Origin: Candidatus Hydrothermarchaeum profundi
Lineage (GTDB): Archaea; Hydrothermarchaeota; Hydrothermarchaeia; Hydrothermarchaeales; Hydrothermarchaeaceae
DNA: 64,000 bases
Assembly (NCBI GenBank): GCA_002011125.2
Contig: MTMF02000009.1
Coordinates: 288,001 to 352,000 of the forward strand
Reading direction: 5' to 3'
In this document: one piece after another, positions 36,878-48,099 of the stretch
How positions within the stretch are numbered: the stretch's first letter is position 1
Layout: each line of letters starts with the position of its first letter
The notes under the pieces: generated by a model
What the model saw: the letters and a program-made list of their open reading frames with translations, nothing else
Databases searched by the model: none
Told to the model about the DNA's origin: nothing
Position numbers and translations under genes: made by a program

Positions 36878-38041
36878 ATGAATATCTTATTAACAGGTAT
36901 AGACGGCTATATGGGTTGGCCAACTGCTCTGAAGCTTTCCCAAGAGTTTCCAGATGAACGCATTATTGGTGTAGACAATTTTTCAAGGCGCAAGTGGGTA
37001 AAGGAATGTGGTTCTGACAGCATAATACCCATATACAGCATGAAGGAAAGGCTTAAAGTTGCAAAGGAACATGGTTTTGAAAACATTAGTTTCATAGAGG
37101 GAGACCTTACCAAAAAGAACTTTGTTGACAAGATAATTTCAATCCACAAGCCCGAGGTTGTGTTACATTTAGCAGCGCAACCAAGTGCTCCCTACTCACA
37201 GATAAACGGTGCAAAGGCAACGTTCACCCAGAAAAATACAGTACTGAGTAATGCCAACATTATGTGGTCACTTAGAGAACATGAGCTCACAGATACGCAT
37301 TTCATAGAAACGACCACTACAGGTATATATGGTGCCCCTAACATCCGCATTGGTGAAGGATTCGTGAAGGTTGTAGATGGAGATGGCAACTCTGACGTAC
37401 TACCATTCCCTAATATTGCCAGCAGTTGGTACCATGTATCACGTGGCTTTGGCGCTACCAATATGATGCTTATGAATATGCAGACCGGCATGCCGTGCAC
37501 CGACGTAAGAACCAGTATCGTTTATGGTATAACCACGGAAGAAACTACGTTAGATGAGCACTTAACCACACGGTTTGACATAGACTTCTATTTTGGCACA
37601 CTGTTCAACCGTTGGTGCGCGATGATGATTATAAACCACCCACTAACGGTTTACGGTTCTGGTAGACAGATAAAGCCCTTTATAAGCCTTGAAGACACCG
37701 CTACCTCGCTAGTTAAGATAGTCAAGAAGGGAAATAAAGGCGAGTATAAGGTTTACAATCAGCTGGTAGAGTACGTAAGAATAAAGGACATAGCAGAATG
37801 GATGAACAGCGCTGCAGAAGAACTCTTCGGTAAGGCGCCAGGGATAGAGTATATCCCAAATCCTAGGAAGGAGAAGGAGGAGAGCAAATATAGCTTTGAG
37901 AACAAGAATTTTTTAAAGGTGCTTGGTAAACCCAAGCATACAAGCATGCGGGATGCTCTGCCGGAAGTGCTGGAAAAGCTGAAGAAGTATGAGGATAGGA
38001 TTGGGGCTTATAGAGACAGGCTAATACCCAAGAAGAGGTAG
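36878..38041 (+). CDS. sqdB: UDP-sulfoquinovose synthase (SqdB/Agl3)-like
   Basis: GIDGYMGWPTAL, GVDNFSRR, HLAAQPSAPYS, SWYHVS, TRFDIDFYFGT..NR..HPLTVYG; AGGAGGT RBS. Confidence 0.82.
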   Translation: MNILLTGIDGYMGWPTALKLSQEFPDERIIGVDNFSRRKWVKECGSDSIIPIYSMKERLKVAKEHGFENISFIEGDLTKKNFVDKIISIHKPEVVLHLAAQPSAPYSQINGAKATFTQKNTVLSNANIMWSLREHELTDTHFIETTTTGIYGAPNIRIGEGFVKVVDGDGNSDVLPFPNIASSWYHVSRGFGATNMMLMNMQTGMPCTDVRTSIVYGITTEETTLDEHLTTRFDIDFYFGTLFNRWCAMMIINHPLTVYGSGRQIKPFISLEDTATSLVKIVKKGNKGEYKVYNQLVEYVRIKDIAEWMNSAAEELFGKAPGIEYIPNPRKEKEESKYSFENKNFLKVLGKPKHTSMRDALPEVLEKLKKYEDRIGAYRDRLIPKKR

Positions 38042-38047
38042 CTCTTA

Positions 38048-38980
38048 ATGCATGTTCTTGTCACAGGTGGCTGTGGATACATAGGCTCAGAACTTATCCC
38101 TCTTTTGCTTGAAAGAAGTTACGATGTAACAATTCTGGACAATTTCTCTTTGAGTAGTCCTTCTGTTCTTTTTTATTTTAAAAAGAATATAAACTTTGTT
38201 TTTGGGGATATCAGGAATAAAGATGATGTGAGAAGTGCTCTGAAAGACTGTGATGCTGTGATTCATCTCGCAGCACTGACTGGAGCGGATGAATCTTTTA
38301 ATGCAAAAGAGCGAACTTTTGACATTAACCTCCGTGGCACTGAAGTCCTACTGGAAGCTTCAGTAAGTGCAGAGGTGAAGAAATTTATCTTCTCCTCCTC
38401 ATGCAATATTTACGGCAGACAGAATAGAGTGATTAGTGAAAATACTAAACCAAAACCGCGGAATCCATATGCAGAGTCAAAGCATCTCGCAGAAGAGGCA
38501 TGTCTTAAGTACCAGCAAAATTATGGATTGGTCACCAGCATATTGCGCTTGAGCACCTTATACGGCTACGCCCCAGGGATACGCTTCAACTTGGTAATAA
38601 ACATGTTTGCTTTATATGCTCTAACGAATCATCCGTTAACCATCTATGGAGATGGCACCAACTGGAGACCTTATATACACGTTAAAGATGCCGCTAGAGC
38701 CTTCCTTTTCGCTCTTGAAAGAAGAGATTTTGAGAATGACGTGTTTAATGTGGGCTCAAACAGGGAGAACTACAGAATTAGAGATATTGTCGCTCTTTTT
38801 AAGGATACATTTAAAAAGAACCTACAGGTTGTTTACTTAAGGGAGAGAGACCCTGGCCCAAGTTACCGTGTAGATTTCTCTAAAATTGAGAAAACCGGAT
38901 TCTCCTGCAAACGGAGTGTGAAAAACGGCATCAAAGAACTGATAGAGAAGTTTAGTAAAATAAAGGGGAAAATGAAATGA
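38048..38980 (+). CDS. NAD-dependent sugar epimerase/dehydratase
   Basis: TGGCGYIG, YAESK, RFNLVIN. Confidence 0.9.
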   Translation: MHVLVTGGCGYIGSELIPLLLERSYDVTILDNFSLSSPSVLFYFKKNINFVFGDIRNKDDVRSALKDCDAVIHLAALTGADESFNAKERTFDINLRGTEVLLEASVSAEVKKFIFSSSCNIYGRQNRVISENTKPKPRNPYAESKHLAEEACLKYQQNYGLVTSILRLSTLYGYAPGIRFNLVINMFALYALTNHPLTIYGDGTNWRPYIHVKDAARAFLFALERRDFENDVFNVGSNRENYRIRDIVALFKDTFKKNLQVVYLRERDPGPSYRVDFSKIEKTGFSCKRSVKNGIKELIEKFSKIKGKMK

Positions 38981-39972
38981 GTGTAATACTCGTTACAGGT
39001 GCTGCAGGATACATAGGAGGGCATCTAATAAACAGCTTACTGGAAGACGAGTGCTTCTCGGATTACTATATTCGCGGAATTGATAACTTTCTAGTGGGCA
39101 AACGCAGAAATTATGCGCTGATAAGGAAGTCTCCTCGCGTGAAGTTGCTGAAGATGGATTTTACTAAGGCAGAAGATGTAAAGGAGATGATAAAAGATGT
39201 AGAGATAGTTTACCACCTCGGAGCCATATCTGGCGTTGTTTTCTGCAACCACAATCCCGCAAAGGCTTCTCACATAAACGTAGAAGGAACGAGAAAATTA
39301 CTCGAAGTAGCGTCAAACGCTGAATGCGAGCGGTTTATTTTTCCCTCTTCTACAGCGGTTTACGGCAATTCAAACGTGAATCCTATCACCGAAGAAGTGC
39401 CCTGCCTGCCCCAGAATATTTACGGCGCACTTAAAATTAGTGCCGAAGCTTTTTGCGATGTCTACTACTACAGCTACGGACTGGGTACTACAATACTTCG
39501 GTGGACTAACATTTATGGCAAGGGTACATATATGAAGTGGCGCACTGTTATTCCTGCATTTGTGCGTCGTGCTGTAAGCGGCGAGACCTTGCTGATTCAC
39601 GGCTCAGGCAAACAGAAGCGTAACTTCATCCACATCGATGATGTGGTTGACCTATATAAAGCTGTTATAGATAAACGCGCTATAGGAGAGAAGTTTAATG
39701 CTGGCGGAAAGAGCGACATTAGCATCCGCGATCTTGCAGAGATGGTGAAGAGGATAGGTAAAGAGAGATTCGGGATTGCTGTTAAGGTGGAATATGCGCC
39801 GGCTAGAGACCTTACACCTGAACGACAGTTTAGCACATCGATAGAAAAGCTGGAAAAAGTTCTGAAATGGAAACCTGAAATAAGTCTTGAGGAAGGTGTT
39901 ATGAAAGTATTTAAATCGGTGATTGAAGAAGGAGAGAATGGATTTTACGAAGGACAGAAGGAGGTAGTATAA
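38977..39972 (+). CDS. NAD-dependent sugar epimerase/dehydratase
   Basis: TGAAGYIG, YGALK, RNFIHIDD. Confidence 0.9.
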   Translation: MSVILVTGAAGYIGGHLINSLLEDECFSDYYIRGIDNFLVGKRRNYALIRKSPRVKLLKMDFTKAEDVKEMIKDVEIVYHLGAISGVVFCNHNPAKASHINVEGTRKLLEVASNAECERFIFPSSTAVYGNSNVNPITEEVPCLPQNIYGALKISAEAFCDVYYYSYGLGTTILRWTNIYGKGTYMKWRTVIPAFVRRAVSGETLLIHGSGKQKRNFIHIDDVVDLYKAVIDKRAIGEKFNAGGKSDISIRDLAEMVKRIGKERFGIAVKVEYAPARDLTPERQFSTSIEKLEKVLKWKPEISLEEGVMKVFKSVIEEGENGFYEGQKEVV

Positions 39973-40185
39973 GATAATCAATTCCTTTTATAGTCTGTTA
40001 CCTAATTACCTTACATCCTCTCTTATTACTAACTTTCGTAGAAACCAAGTAGTTTACATCATTGTAAATCCTGCCTAAATTAACAACTCTTTGTTAAAGT
40101 GATGATGAAAAGAAGAAAATTGATGTTATAAAGCGGCTAGGCACGATAAAAGGTACTCTATAAGATTTATGGAGAAAATGAGCAA

Positions 40186-41766
40186 ATGAATTTGGAAGAA
40201 CATCAAAATAAGCCTGAATCAGTGAACCACGCAATATTTGAAGAATATATGGGACAACTAACAAAGAAAATAGCTAGAGGTAGTGGAATAATATTTATAG
40301 GAATGGCAATTGGTTCATTCTTAGGTTTTTTAACTAGGATAATCATAGCCAGATTTTGGGGACCGTCAGACTATGGTTTATTCAACATTGCATTTTCAAC
40401 TTTAATGATTTTTCAGATAATTGCTATGGTAGGATTTAGAGCTAGTGGTGCAAGATTCGTTGCATATTATAATGCATTAAATAAAAAAGAAGAGATTAAA
40501 GGAACTTTAGTCTCTGGAATCAAAATTTTGATACCATTGAGTATAACTTTAAGTATCCTTCTTCTGGCTTTTTCAAAAAAAATTGCGATAATTTATTCAG
40601 AACCAGAATTAACTCCACATCTACAATATTTCTCTCTAGCATTGCCAGTAATAGTACTTTTCTTTTATATTTGCGCCATATTGCGAGGATTTGGAGATAT
40701 GGAATATTTAATATATAGTAGAGAATTTATTAATAAGGGGTCAACTTTCTTATTAATATTGACCTTTGTTTTTTTGAGAGTTAACATAATTTATGTCACA
40801 TATTCATTTATCATGGGGTTCATATTTGGTACAATATTAGCGATATATTATCTCTTTAAAAAACATAGCTTTTTGAAAAGAGTGAAGAGTGCTCCATTAG
40901 GAAAAAAATTATTAATTTTCTCTCTTCCACTTACCTTATCATTTTATCTAGACATATTCCGTAGAGGGTCTGACAATCTTTTAATTGGTTATTTTATGGA
41001 AAGTTCTTCAGTTGGGATCTATAATGCATCTTTTACTATTGCTCAGATGATGTTAAATTTGCTAACCCCTGTTGCAACCGTCGCATTACCTGTCATTACA
41101 GGACTTTATGCTTGTAATAGGATAGAAGAATTAAAAGTGGTTTATTCAAATATATTGCGATGGATACTCTACATATCATTTCCATTATTTTTATTAATTT
41201 TTATATACCCTACGGACTTTATTACGGTACTGTTTGGTCAAGTTTATTCAAATGGGGCAAATGTTCTTCAAATACTTGTGGTAGGTTTCATTTCAAGTTT
41301 ATTCGTAGGTCCCTTGGCTGCTCTTATTAACTCCATAGGAAAAACAAAATTCTTTATGGCTATGAGTGGAATAAGTTCCCTAAGCAACCTTGCACTAGAT
41401 TTAGTATTAATACCTCCTCTAGGAATAGTAGGTGCAGCGATAGCCACATCTATATCAGTGATATTGTTTAATATAACAGGTTTATATCTCGTATTTAGGA
41501 CGTTAAAAGTGAATTTTTTTAATAAGATACATATACTTTATCCTACTTTCATTTCTATAGCTTTACTCTTACTTCATATCTTTTCAAATAAAACAATGAT
41601 ATATCTGGAAGTTCCACCACTAATATTATTGCTCGGGAAGATGGTTATTCTATATACTATATCTGTATTTGTGATATTCAAGTTAATTGGTTTATCGTCT
41701 GAAGAAGAGAAATTGATGAGTAGTATAAAAGGGAAAGTAATAAGAAAAATATCTCAAGAAAAATAA
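40186..41766 (+). CDS. Wzx/MOP-family flippase
   Basis: About 14 TM, ARFWGPSDYG, VGIYNAS, LIPPLGIVGAAIAT. Confidence 0.92.
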   Translation: MNLEEHQNKPESVNHAIFEEYMGQLTKKIARGSGIIFIGMAIGSFLGFLTRIIIARFWGPSDYGLFNIAFSTLMIFQIIAMVGFRASGARFVAYYNALNKKEEIKGTLVSGIKILIPLSITLSILLLAFSKKIAIIYSEPELTPHLQYFSLALPVIVLFFYICAILRGFGDMEYLIYSREFINKGSTFLLILTFVFLRVNIIYVTYSFIMGFIFGTILAIYYLFKKHSFLKRVKSAPLGKKLLIFSLPLTLSFYLDIFRRGSDNLLIGYFMESSSVGIYNASFTIAQMMLNLLTPVATVALPVITGLYACNRIEELKVVYSNILRWILYISFPLFLLIFIYPTDFITVLFGQVYSNGANVLQILVVGFISSLFVGPLAALINSIGKTKFFMAMSGISSLSNLALDLVLIPPLGIVGAAIATSISVILFNITGLYLVFRTLKVNFFNKIHILYPTFISIALLLLHIFSNKTMIYLEVPPLILLLGKMVILYTISVFVIFKLIGLSSEEEKLMSSIKGKVIRKISQEK

Positions 41767-41768
41767 AA

Positions 41769-43349
41769 ATGAACGGAAAAGTTGTCATTCTGGGTCTTGA
41801 TGGAGCAACATTTGATGTCATAAAACCTTTGATAAAAGAAGGACATTTGCCCAACTTAAAATATTTACTTGACAACGGTGCCTATGGAGAACTCGAAAGT
41901 ACCTTTCCACCGGTTACCGCGGCGGCTTGGATGTCCATTGCTACCGGAAAAAATCCTGGAAAAACTGGGGTATTCACTTTTAGGAATCGGAGAGACGATG
42001 ATCTTAAACTTTATCCTTTGAGTTCAAATGACTATGTGGCTAATGGTGCACTTTGGGACTATTTATCTAAAAGCGGGTTCAAAGTTGGGATCTTAAATTA
42101 TCCCGGTTTATACCCTCCGTACCCTATTAATGGATTTATGGTTGGTGGCGTTGGAACACCGGAAAAAAATATTTGTTATCCAAAAAGTTTTGAAAAGGAA
42201 CTAGATAGAGTAACAGGTGGATATGAAATTAGTATTCCCATAAATTCTCCAAAATATAAAAATAAAGAAGATAAATTTATTAAAAATATTGAGAAACTTA
42301 TTGCTAAACGGAAAAAAGCTATTAATTATATTCTAAAGAATAAAAAAATAGATATTTTAATCCTTGTCTTACCAGAATCTGATTTCATCCAACATTATTT
42401 ATATAAATACTGGGATGATAATTATCCAGGTATTGATGAAAATAAAAAGAAAAAATATAAACGTGAATTCATAAGATTATGGGATAAAATAGATGAAATT
42501 GTTGGCGATGTGGTCGAACATATCTATACAGATGATTATTTGTTTGTGATTTCAGACCATGGATTTGGTAGACTTACTAAAGGTTTTAGGATAAACCAAT
42601 GGCTAATAAATGAAGGGTATCTTAAATTAAAGAGAAATTACGGAACTAAACGGGAATCTATTTTTTACAATATTTTCAACAAACTTGAAGATAGAAAAAT
42701 TAGAGGATATCTGAGGTATTTTAAGAATAAATTTAAAAAGATTCCGTTTGTCGATTCATTTGAAAATTTTATTGACTATGAAAACAGTTTAGCTATAGCT
42801 TTCCAATATTCAGGGGTAGGCGGAATTGAAATCTTAAATCATGACCAAAAATTAAGAGAAGAAATATCAATCAAACTTATTAATTTTGTAAATAATCACC
42901 CTTTATTGAGTAATATTGAGTTATATCGGCCGAATGACATTTATATTGGGGATAAATTGGACAATTTTCCAGATATAATATTTTTGATCGATGAATGTGA
43001 AGTAGAAATATTAGCGAATTCTTTTGGGAGTAATATTGTTATTAACGGAACAACCGGTAATCGAAGTGGAGATCACAGAAGATATGGGATATTTATAGGA
43101 TTTAGCAGCAATATCAGACATATTAATATTAAAAATGCAAAAATATTTGACATTACGCCAACAATATTTTATATATTAGGTTTAAGGCCATCAAATGACA
43201 TTGATGGTAGAATATTAAAAGAAATTTTCATATCTACTCAGTTTAATAGTAAAAATCTACCACAGGTAGTATCAGATAAAAGCAAAATGGCTTTTCGGAG
43301 AGATGATGAAGAAATAAAGAAAAAATTAAAAGATTTAGGGTATTTATGA
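41769..43349 (+). CDS. Alkaline-phosphatase superfamily (nucleotide pyrophosphatase/phosphodiesterase-like) protein
   Basis: GLDGAT, STFPPVTAAAW..TGKNPGK, SDHGFG, SGDH, C-terminal LKDLGYL. Confidence 0.9.
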   Translation: MNGKVVILGLDGATFDVIKPLIKEGHLPNLKYLLDNGAYGELESTFPPVTAAAWMSIATGKNPGKTGVFTFRNRRDDDLKLYPLSSNDYVANGALWDYLSKSGFKVGILNYPGLYPPYPINGFMVGGVGTPEKNICYPKSFEKELDRVTGGYEISIPINSPKYKNKEDKFIKNIEKLIAKRKKAINYILKNKKIDILILVLPESDFIQHYLYKYWDDNYPGIDENKKKKYKREFIRLWDKIDEIVGDVVEHIYTDDYLFVISDHGFGRLTKGFRINQWLINEGYLKLKRNYGTKRESIFYNIFNKLEDRKIRGYLRYFKNKFKKIPFVDSFENFIDYENSLAIAFQYSGVGGIEILNHDQKLREEISIKLINFVNNHPLLSNIELYRPNDIYIGDKLDNFPDIIFLIDECEVEILANSFGSNIVINGTTGNRSGDHRRYGIFIGFSSNIRHINIKNAKIFDITPTIFYILGLRPSNDIDGRILKEIFISTQFNSKNLPQVVSDKSKMAFRRDDEEIKKKLKDLGYL

Positions 43350-44032
43350 ACATAGAGAAAATAAACATTAAAAGCTTTTCTTCTAAAGAAGCATTAGAAA
43401 TATACAATAGTTATAATTTGAAACAAATAGAAAAAGAAATTGTAAATAAATATTTTAATCGGAAGAACGCTAAAATATTGGATCTTGGATGTGGCACAGG
43501 CAGAACAACTGTGCCTCTTATGGAAATGGGTTATAATGTTGTTGGTGTTGATATTTCAAAGGAAATGATTAAGCAAGCCAAAAAAAAATTTCCACAAATA
43601 GATTTCAAAGTAGGAGATGCCTGTAATCTATGTTTTGATGAGAATACTTTTGATTATGTAATTTTTTCATATAATGGGTTGGATTATATTCATCCTAAAT
43701 CGAAAAGAATTAAAGCATTGAAAGAGGTCTATAGAGTATTGAAAGACGGAGGATATTTCTATTATAGTTCTCACAATAGTTTGTGGATACCTAATTATTT
43801 GGGTGGATTTAGAATTATACTCAAAAATATTATTGGCTTGAATTTTTTTAAAAATTACTGGAAAGTTGAAGGGAGGATAGGAGTATTATTTACTTTCCAT
43901 GAAAATCCATTTAGCCAAAAAAAAACATTAGAAAAAATTGGGTTCAGAACTGTAAGAATGTTTGGTGGAGAAAAATATACCAATAAATTATGGTTTATTG
44001 AGCCATGGATCCATTATTTAGCTCAAAAATAA
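43346..44032 (+). CDS. Class I SAM-dependent methyltransferase
   Basis: LDLGCGTGR, GVDIS, RVLKDGG. Confidence 0.9.
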   Translation: MNIEKINIKSFSSKEALEIYNSYNLKQIEKEIVNKYFNRKNAKILDLGCGTGRTTVPLMEMGYNVVGVDISKEMIKQAKKKFPQIDFKVGDACNLCFDENTFDYVIFSYNGLDYIHPKSKRIKALKEVYRVLKDGGYFYYSSHNSLWIPNYLGGFRIILKNIIGLNFFKNYWKVEGRIGVLFTFHENPFSQKKTLEKIGFRTVRMFGGEKYTNKLWFIEPWIHYLAQK

Positions 44033-44033
44033 G

Positions 44034-44691
44034 GTTTGGTACTCATCTTTCTTAAAATCAGGTTCTTAGTAGTACTTTCTTCTTTTAGGTTTGAAAAAGT
44101 TTTTTCCTGAAGTCTCATGATCCTTATTACGCTCACCACAATATCCATATCTTTCAATGCCCCCCTGTGTCTATGGCGTCTAAAAATCTTTCTTTGCACA
44201 AACGCACTGCTTGAGGGCATGCTCTTACGCTGTATTTTAGGGCACTTAGCAAGACATTTTATCTTATAGTGCCAGTAGTTGCTAGTAGTTCATCTTTGTC
44301 AAGGCTTTCAGCTTCTCTATAAAAGAGTAAGAAGTCATCTTCATTTTTCTTTCTCTGCACCAAGATGCCTAGAGTAAGTTGTTGTGTTTATTTTAACATT
44401 ATATAAAATAAATTATATTACTCTGAGACTTTTGTAAAGCTCCTTAATCCTAAGAGGCTACTTCCTTCTGCCTACCACATCCTAGTTCAACAAGCACCTT
44501 CTGCTTCATACCAGATGGGATGTTAAAAGATGAGTAAGTCCTACCCCGTAATCTCTTATAGTTTCACGGAGCATTTCTTTAAATACCTTCTTATCCCATT
44601 CTCCAAGGTGATAGTGGTTTGCAGGTGAAGTGGTGCAATATTTACCTTATTCCCCCACCAAGAGAAAAAACTTAAAAAAGTGAGTAGACAC
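44034..44691 (-). mobile_element. Degenerate IS66-like transposase relic
   Basis: Minus-strand FVQRKIF..HR..GA..MDIVVSVIRIMRLQ resembles an IS66 transposase C-terminus; imperfect inverted ends TACTCA../..TGAGTA. Confidence 0.5.
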
Positions 44692-44701
44692 GGTTTTTAA
44701 A

Positions 44702-45718
44702 ATGAGCGAATTAGATGTTAAAAAAATAACAAATCTAGATGAAATAAATAAGGATGAATGGAATTCTTTCGTTGATAAAAATTCTGATAATTTTTTCATA
44801 CGGTATGAATGGCTACAACATCTCAAAGAAACTTTGAAATTAGATCCAATAATTTTTATTATAGAAAAAGATTCTAATTTACAAGGTGTATTTCCAAATT
44901 TTATCAAAAAGATAGGAAAAACTCCATTCAATAAATTAATCTCACTACCTATAATGAGGGGAGGATTTTGCTTATCAAAGGAGTACATGATAAAATCTTT
45001 ATTGTATGAAGTTAGCAAAAACATATATAAGGAGCGAATTCTTTTTCACAGAATAGATGTATGTGATTTAACTCAATTAAAATACCAAAAAATACTTTAT
45101 AAATATAATTACAAGCTTGATTTAAGCGTCTGTAGATTTATAATTCACTGTAAAAATAAGACATATCAAGATATAAGTCAAAATTTTTCAAAAAATAAAA
45201 TTAGAAATTTAAAAAAAGCTAGAAAACAATCTACGGCTGTTAAGGAGTATCCAATAAAAACAAAATATTTAGAAAAATTTTATGGATTATACTCTATGAC
45301 TATGCAGGAAAAAAATAAAAGGCCGATTAGATCTGAGTTTTTTATAAAATTAGACCGATTTACAAAAAAATTTGTAAAATTATTTGTAGTAGAATTAGAT
45401 ACTGGCGAACCAATTGCTGGGCTTTTGCATTTTATATGGAATAAAAAAATTATCTACAGTTTTGGGGGGTTTAATAGGAATTATAAAAGATTAATGCCAA
45501 ATGATTTGCTACACGAATATACAATAAAATATTGTTTAGAGAATAAACTTGAACATTATGATATGGGTGGAACAACGGCTGATTTTAGTGACACTCTGTT
45601 TAAATATAAGTCGCAGTGGGGAGGTCAAATTTATCCAATATTGAGATTTGAAAAAATTAATCCTGCGTTTTTAAACTTTTTTATAAGTATATATAAAAAA
45701 ATTAAGGGATTAAGATGA
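44702..45718 (+). CDS. FemAB/GNAT-fold acyl/aminoacyl transferase
   Basis: RNLKKARK, PNDLLHEY..YDMGG..LFKYKSQWGG. Confidence 0.85.
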   Translation: MSELDVKKITNLDEINKDEWNSFVDKNSDNFFIRYEWLQHLKETLKLDPIIFIIEKDSNLQGVFPNFIKKIGKTPFNKLISLPIMRGGFCLSKEYMIKSLLYEVSKNIYKERILFHRIDVCDLTQLKYQKILYKYNYKLDLSVCRFIIHCKNKTYQDISQNFSKNKIRNLKKARKQSTAVKEYPIKTKYLEKFYGLYSMTMQEKNKRPIRSEFFIKLDRFTKKFVKLFVVELDTGEPIAGLLHFIWNKKIIYSFGGFNRNYKRLMPNDLLHEYTIKYCLENKLEHYDMGGTTADFSDTLFKYKSQWGGQIYPILRFEKINPAFLNFFISIYKKIKGLR

Positions 45719-46656
45719 TTTTTTTAACCGGGGATGTTCATAATATGTCGCTAAAAGCGTTAGACCAAGAATTTTTAAATATAACTGAGTTAGAGGCGGC
45801 TTTAAAATTTGCACGCATAGCATCAAAATATAGTATTAATTTTACTTTGTTTATATCTGGTAGAGCTTTCTTAGAGGAAAGAGATACAGCAGAAAAACTT
45901 TCTTCATATAAAAATTTAGAAATAGGAGGACATACTTGGGATTCTTTTAGATATAGTTATTTGCATGATATATCCAATCTTCTTTTTTCCACATATTATG
46001 GTCCGAAGATATATCAGAAGTGGGACATAAAAAAAACGATTAAAATTATTGAAGATACAACAGGCGACAAAGTTCTCTCCTGGAGAACACATTCTTACAG
46101 GTCTGATAATTTAACTAAGGAAATATTATCTGACATTGGAATAAGGGTGATATCCGAAGAACACACTGTGAATGGAAAGATAAGATATAATCATGGACTA
46201 ATTTATCTTCCAATCAATACTCCGGAGGACCATACCACAATTATTCATGGATATAGAGAAAAAGAATTTGTACAGAGATTAAATTATGCAAGACATAATA
46301 ATCCCTTATCTTTTTGTAAAAGATTTGGAAATTTCACCAAATTAGAATTTCAAGCTAGTTTAAAATATGTAATAAAGAAAATTAAGAAAAAGGATACTAA
46401 AAAATACTTCTATTATAATAATTTATATAATATAAATGAATGGGGAGAATGGATAAAACAAATAATTAAAGATAGAATAAAAGAAGTAGGCTTTGCTACT
46501 TTGGTTATTCATCCTGTTTGTATGGAAATTGCTGATGGTATGAGAACATATGAAGATTTATGTAGATTTATATCTCAATATGATACATATAAAGCAAAGG
46601 ATTTATTGATATTATTAAAAAACGAATCTTTGAAAAACGGGATATTTTTTAAATGA
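45715..46656 (+). CDS. Polysaccharide deacetylase family protein
   Basis: LTGDVH, EIGGHT, WRTHSY, LVIHP. Confidence 0.8.
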   Translation: MIFLTGDVHNMSLKALDQEFLNITELEAALKFARIASKYSINFTLFISGRAFLEERDTAEKLSSYKNLEIGGHTWDSFRYSYLHDISNLLFSTYYGPKIYQKWDIKKTIKIIEDTTGDKVLSWRTHSYRSDNLTKEILSDIGIRVISEEHTVNGKIRYNHGLIYLPINTPEDHTTIIHGYREKEFVQRLNYARHNNPLSFCKRFGNFTKLEFQASLKYVIKKIKKKDTKKYFYYNNLYNINEWGEWIKQIIKDRIKEVGFATLVIHPVCMEIADGMRTYEDLCRFISQYDTYKAKDLLILLKNESLKNGIFFK

Positions 46657-46987
46657 GTAAAATTAAAGAAGAACCCATCAAGAAAGAGTAAGAGAGTTAT
46701 GATAAACTAAATTAAAATAATATAAAAAGAATTATAAGTTAGGCATTAAGTTGCTCCATCTCTTTTAAACTCTCAGTGTGGCGCAAGCCCACTCCTGCTA
46801 CTTCTGGCTATGAGTAAACCAGTTTTCTTTGATAGTAGCTTAAACAGGAAAACATGGCCACAAGCACTGCATAATGAGTACTCCCCAACGCATGAATTTT
46901 TTATATACTGTTTCATCAACTATTAGAAAAAAGAGATTTAAAGTAGTAGCAAGGAAAGTATCGTTATTAGATTATGAGGGTTACTAA

Positions 46988-48099
46988 ATGAAACCAAAAA
47001 TTGGGATACTAGTAAATCCTTCTATTTCACATGGCGAAGAACATGTTTTAGATAGCATTGGGATCATGCTTCGTAATAATTTTAAATTAGAGATAGTTGG
47101 AGGGTATGATTTGCCTAATCGGATAGAAAAAAAGTTTAAAAATTACAACTATATAATTAAATTTTCCACTTCAAGGTTCTCAATTATAAACTTATTTTTA
47201 TATCCTCAGAAATTCCTTAATCTATTAATTTATGTTATCAAAGAAAAGCCTAATATCCTTTTTCATATAGGGAGTACAGGGCCTAATGGTATTCTTATTG
47301 GCATTACTGGCAGAATATTTGGAATTCCTACAGTAATTAGAAGTACAGGAAATACTTTTGAAATATATAAACATATAAAAAAAAAGAGTTTAAAATTAAA
47401 AACTTATATTAAAAACAATATTTTAGGATATATCGCAATCAAATTATCTTACAAAACCATTGTTCTTGGTCACGGTATAAAAAATGAAATAAAAAAAAAA
47501 ATATTCCTGAAAATAAATTATTTGTCCTTCCACAACCTGTAAATCAAGAAATTTTTAAACCGCCAAGAAATAAATTTAGAAGCAAAGAAAAACTTGGTTT
47601 TCCTACTGATAAAAGAATTATACTTTATATAGGGAGGATGGAGTGGGAAAAAGGTATAGACTTTTTAAGCGAAGTAATTAAACAAGTTCTCAAAGAGAAT
47701 ACAGATATTTATTTTGTCCTAATAGGTTCGGGGCCGTGCAAAATTAAAATTAAAAAACAGTTTAAAAACGAAAAGAATGTACGATTTGAAGGCTATGTGC
47801 CACATGAAAAAATAAATGAATATTTTAAAGCTGCAGATTTATTAATATTGACCTCACCAATAGAGGGTCTCCCAAATGTTGTTTTAGAGAGTATGGCTGT
47901 GGGGATACCAGTTATAACAAGACCATCAAGTCCAGATATAAAAATGTTAATATCGAATATTTGTGATACGCCATGGGACTTTGCTTACATGATTAAAAAT
48001 AAGACTTATGTAACCGATAAACTTCCCCCAGAGTACACATGGGAAAATTTAAAGCAAAGATATATATCATTTTTCAAGGATTTACAAGGAGGTAGATGA
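46988..48099 (+). pseudogene. GT4 glycosyltransferase split by poly-A frameshift
   Basis: A11 at 47491-47501; A12 would read NEIKKKNIPENKLFVLPQPV..YIGRMEWEKG..EGLPNVVLESMA. Confidence 0.85.

Noticed and set aside
44033-46821. Composite transposon around the FemAB/deacetylase pair (GGTTT..TACTCAT inverted matches)
   Set aside because: The match is too short and imperfect, with no target-site duplication seen
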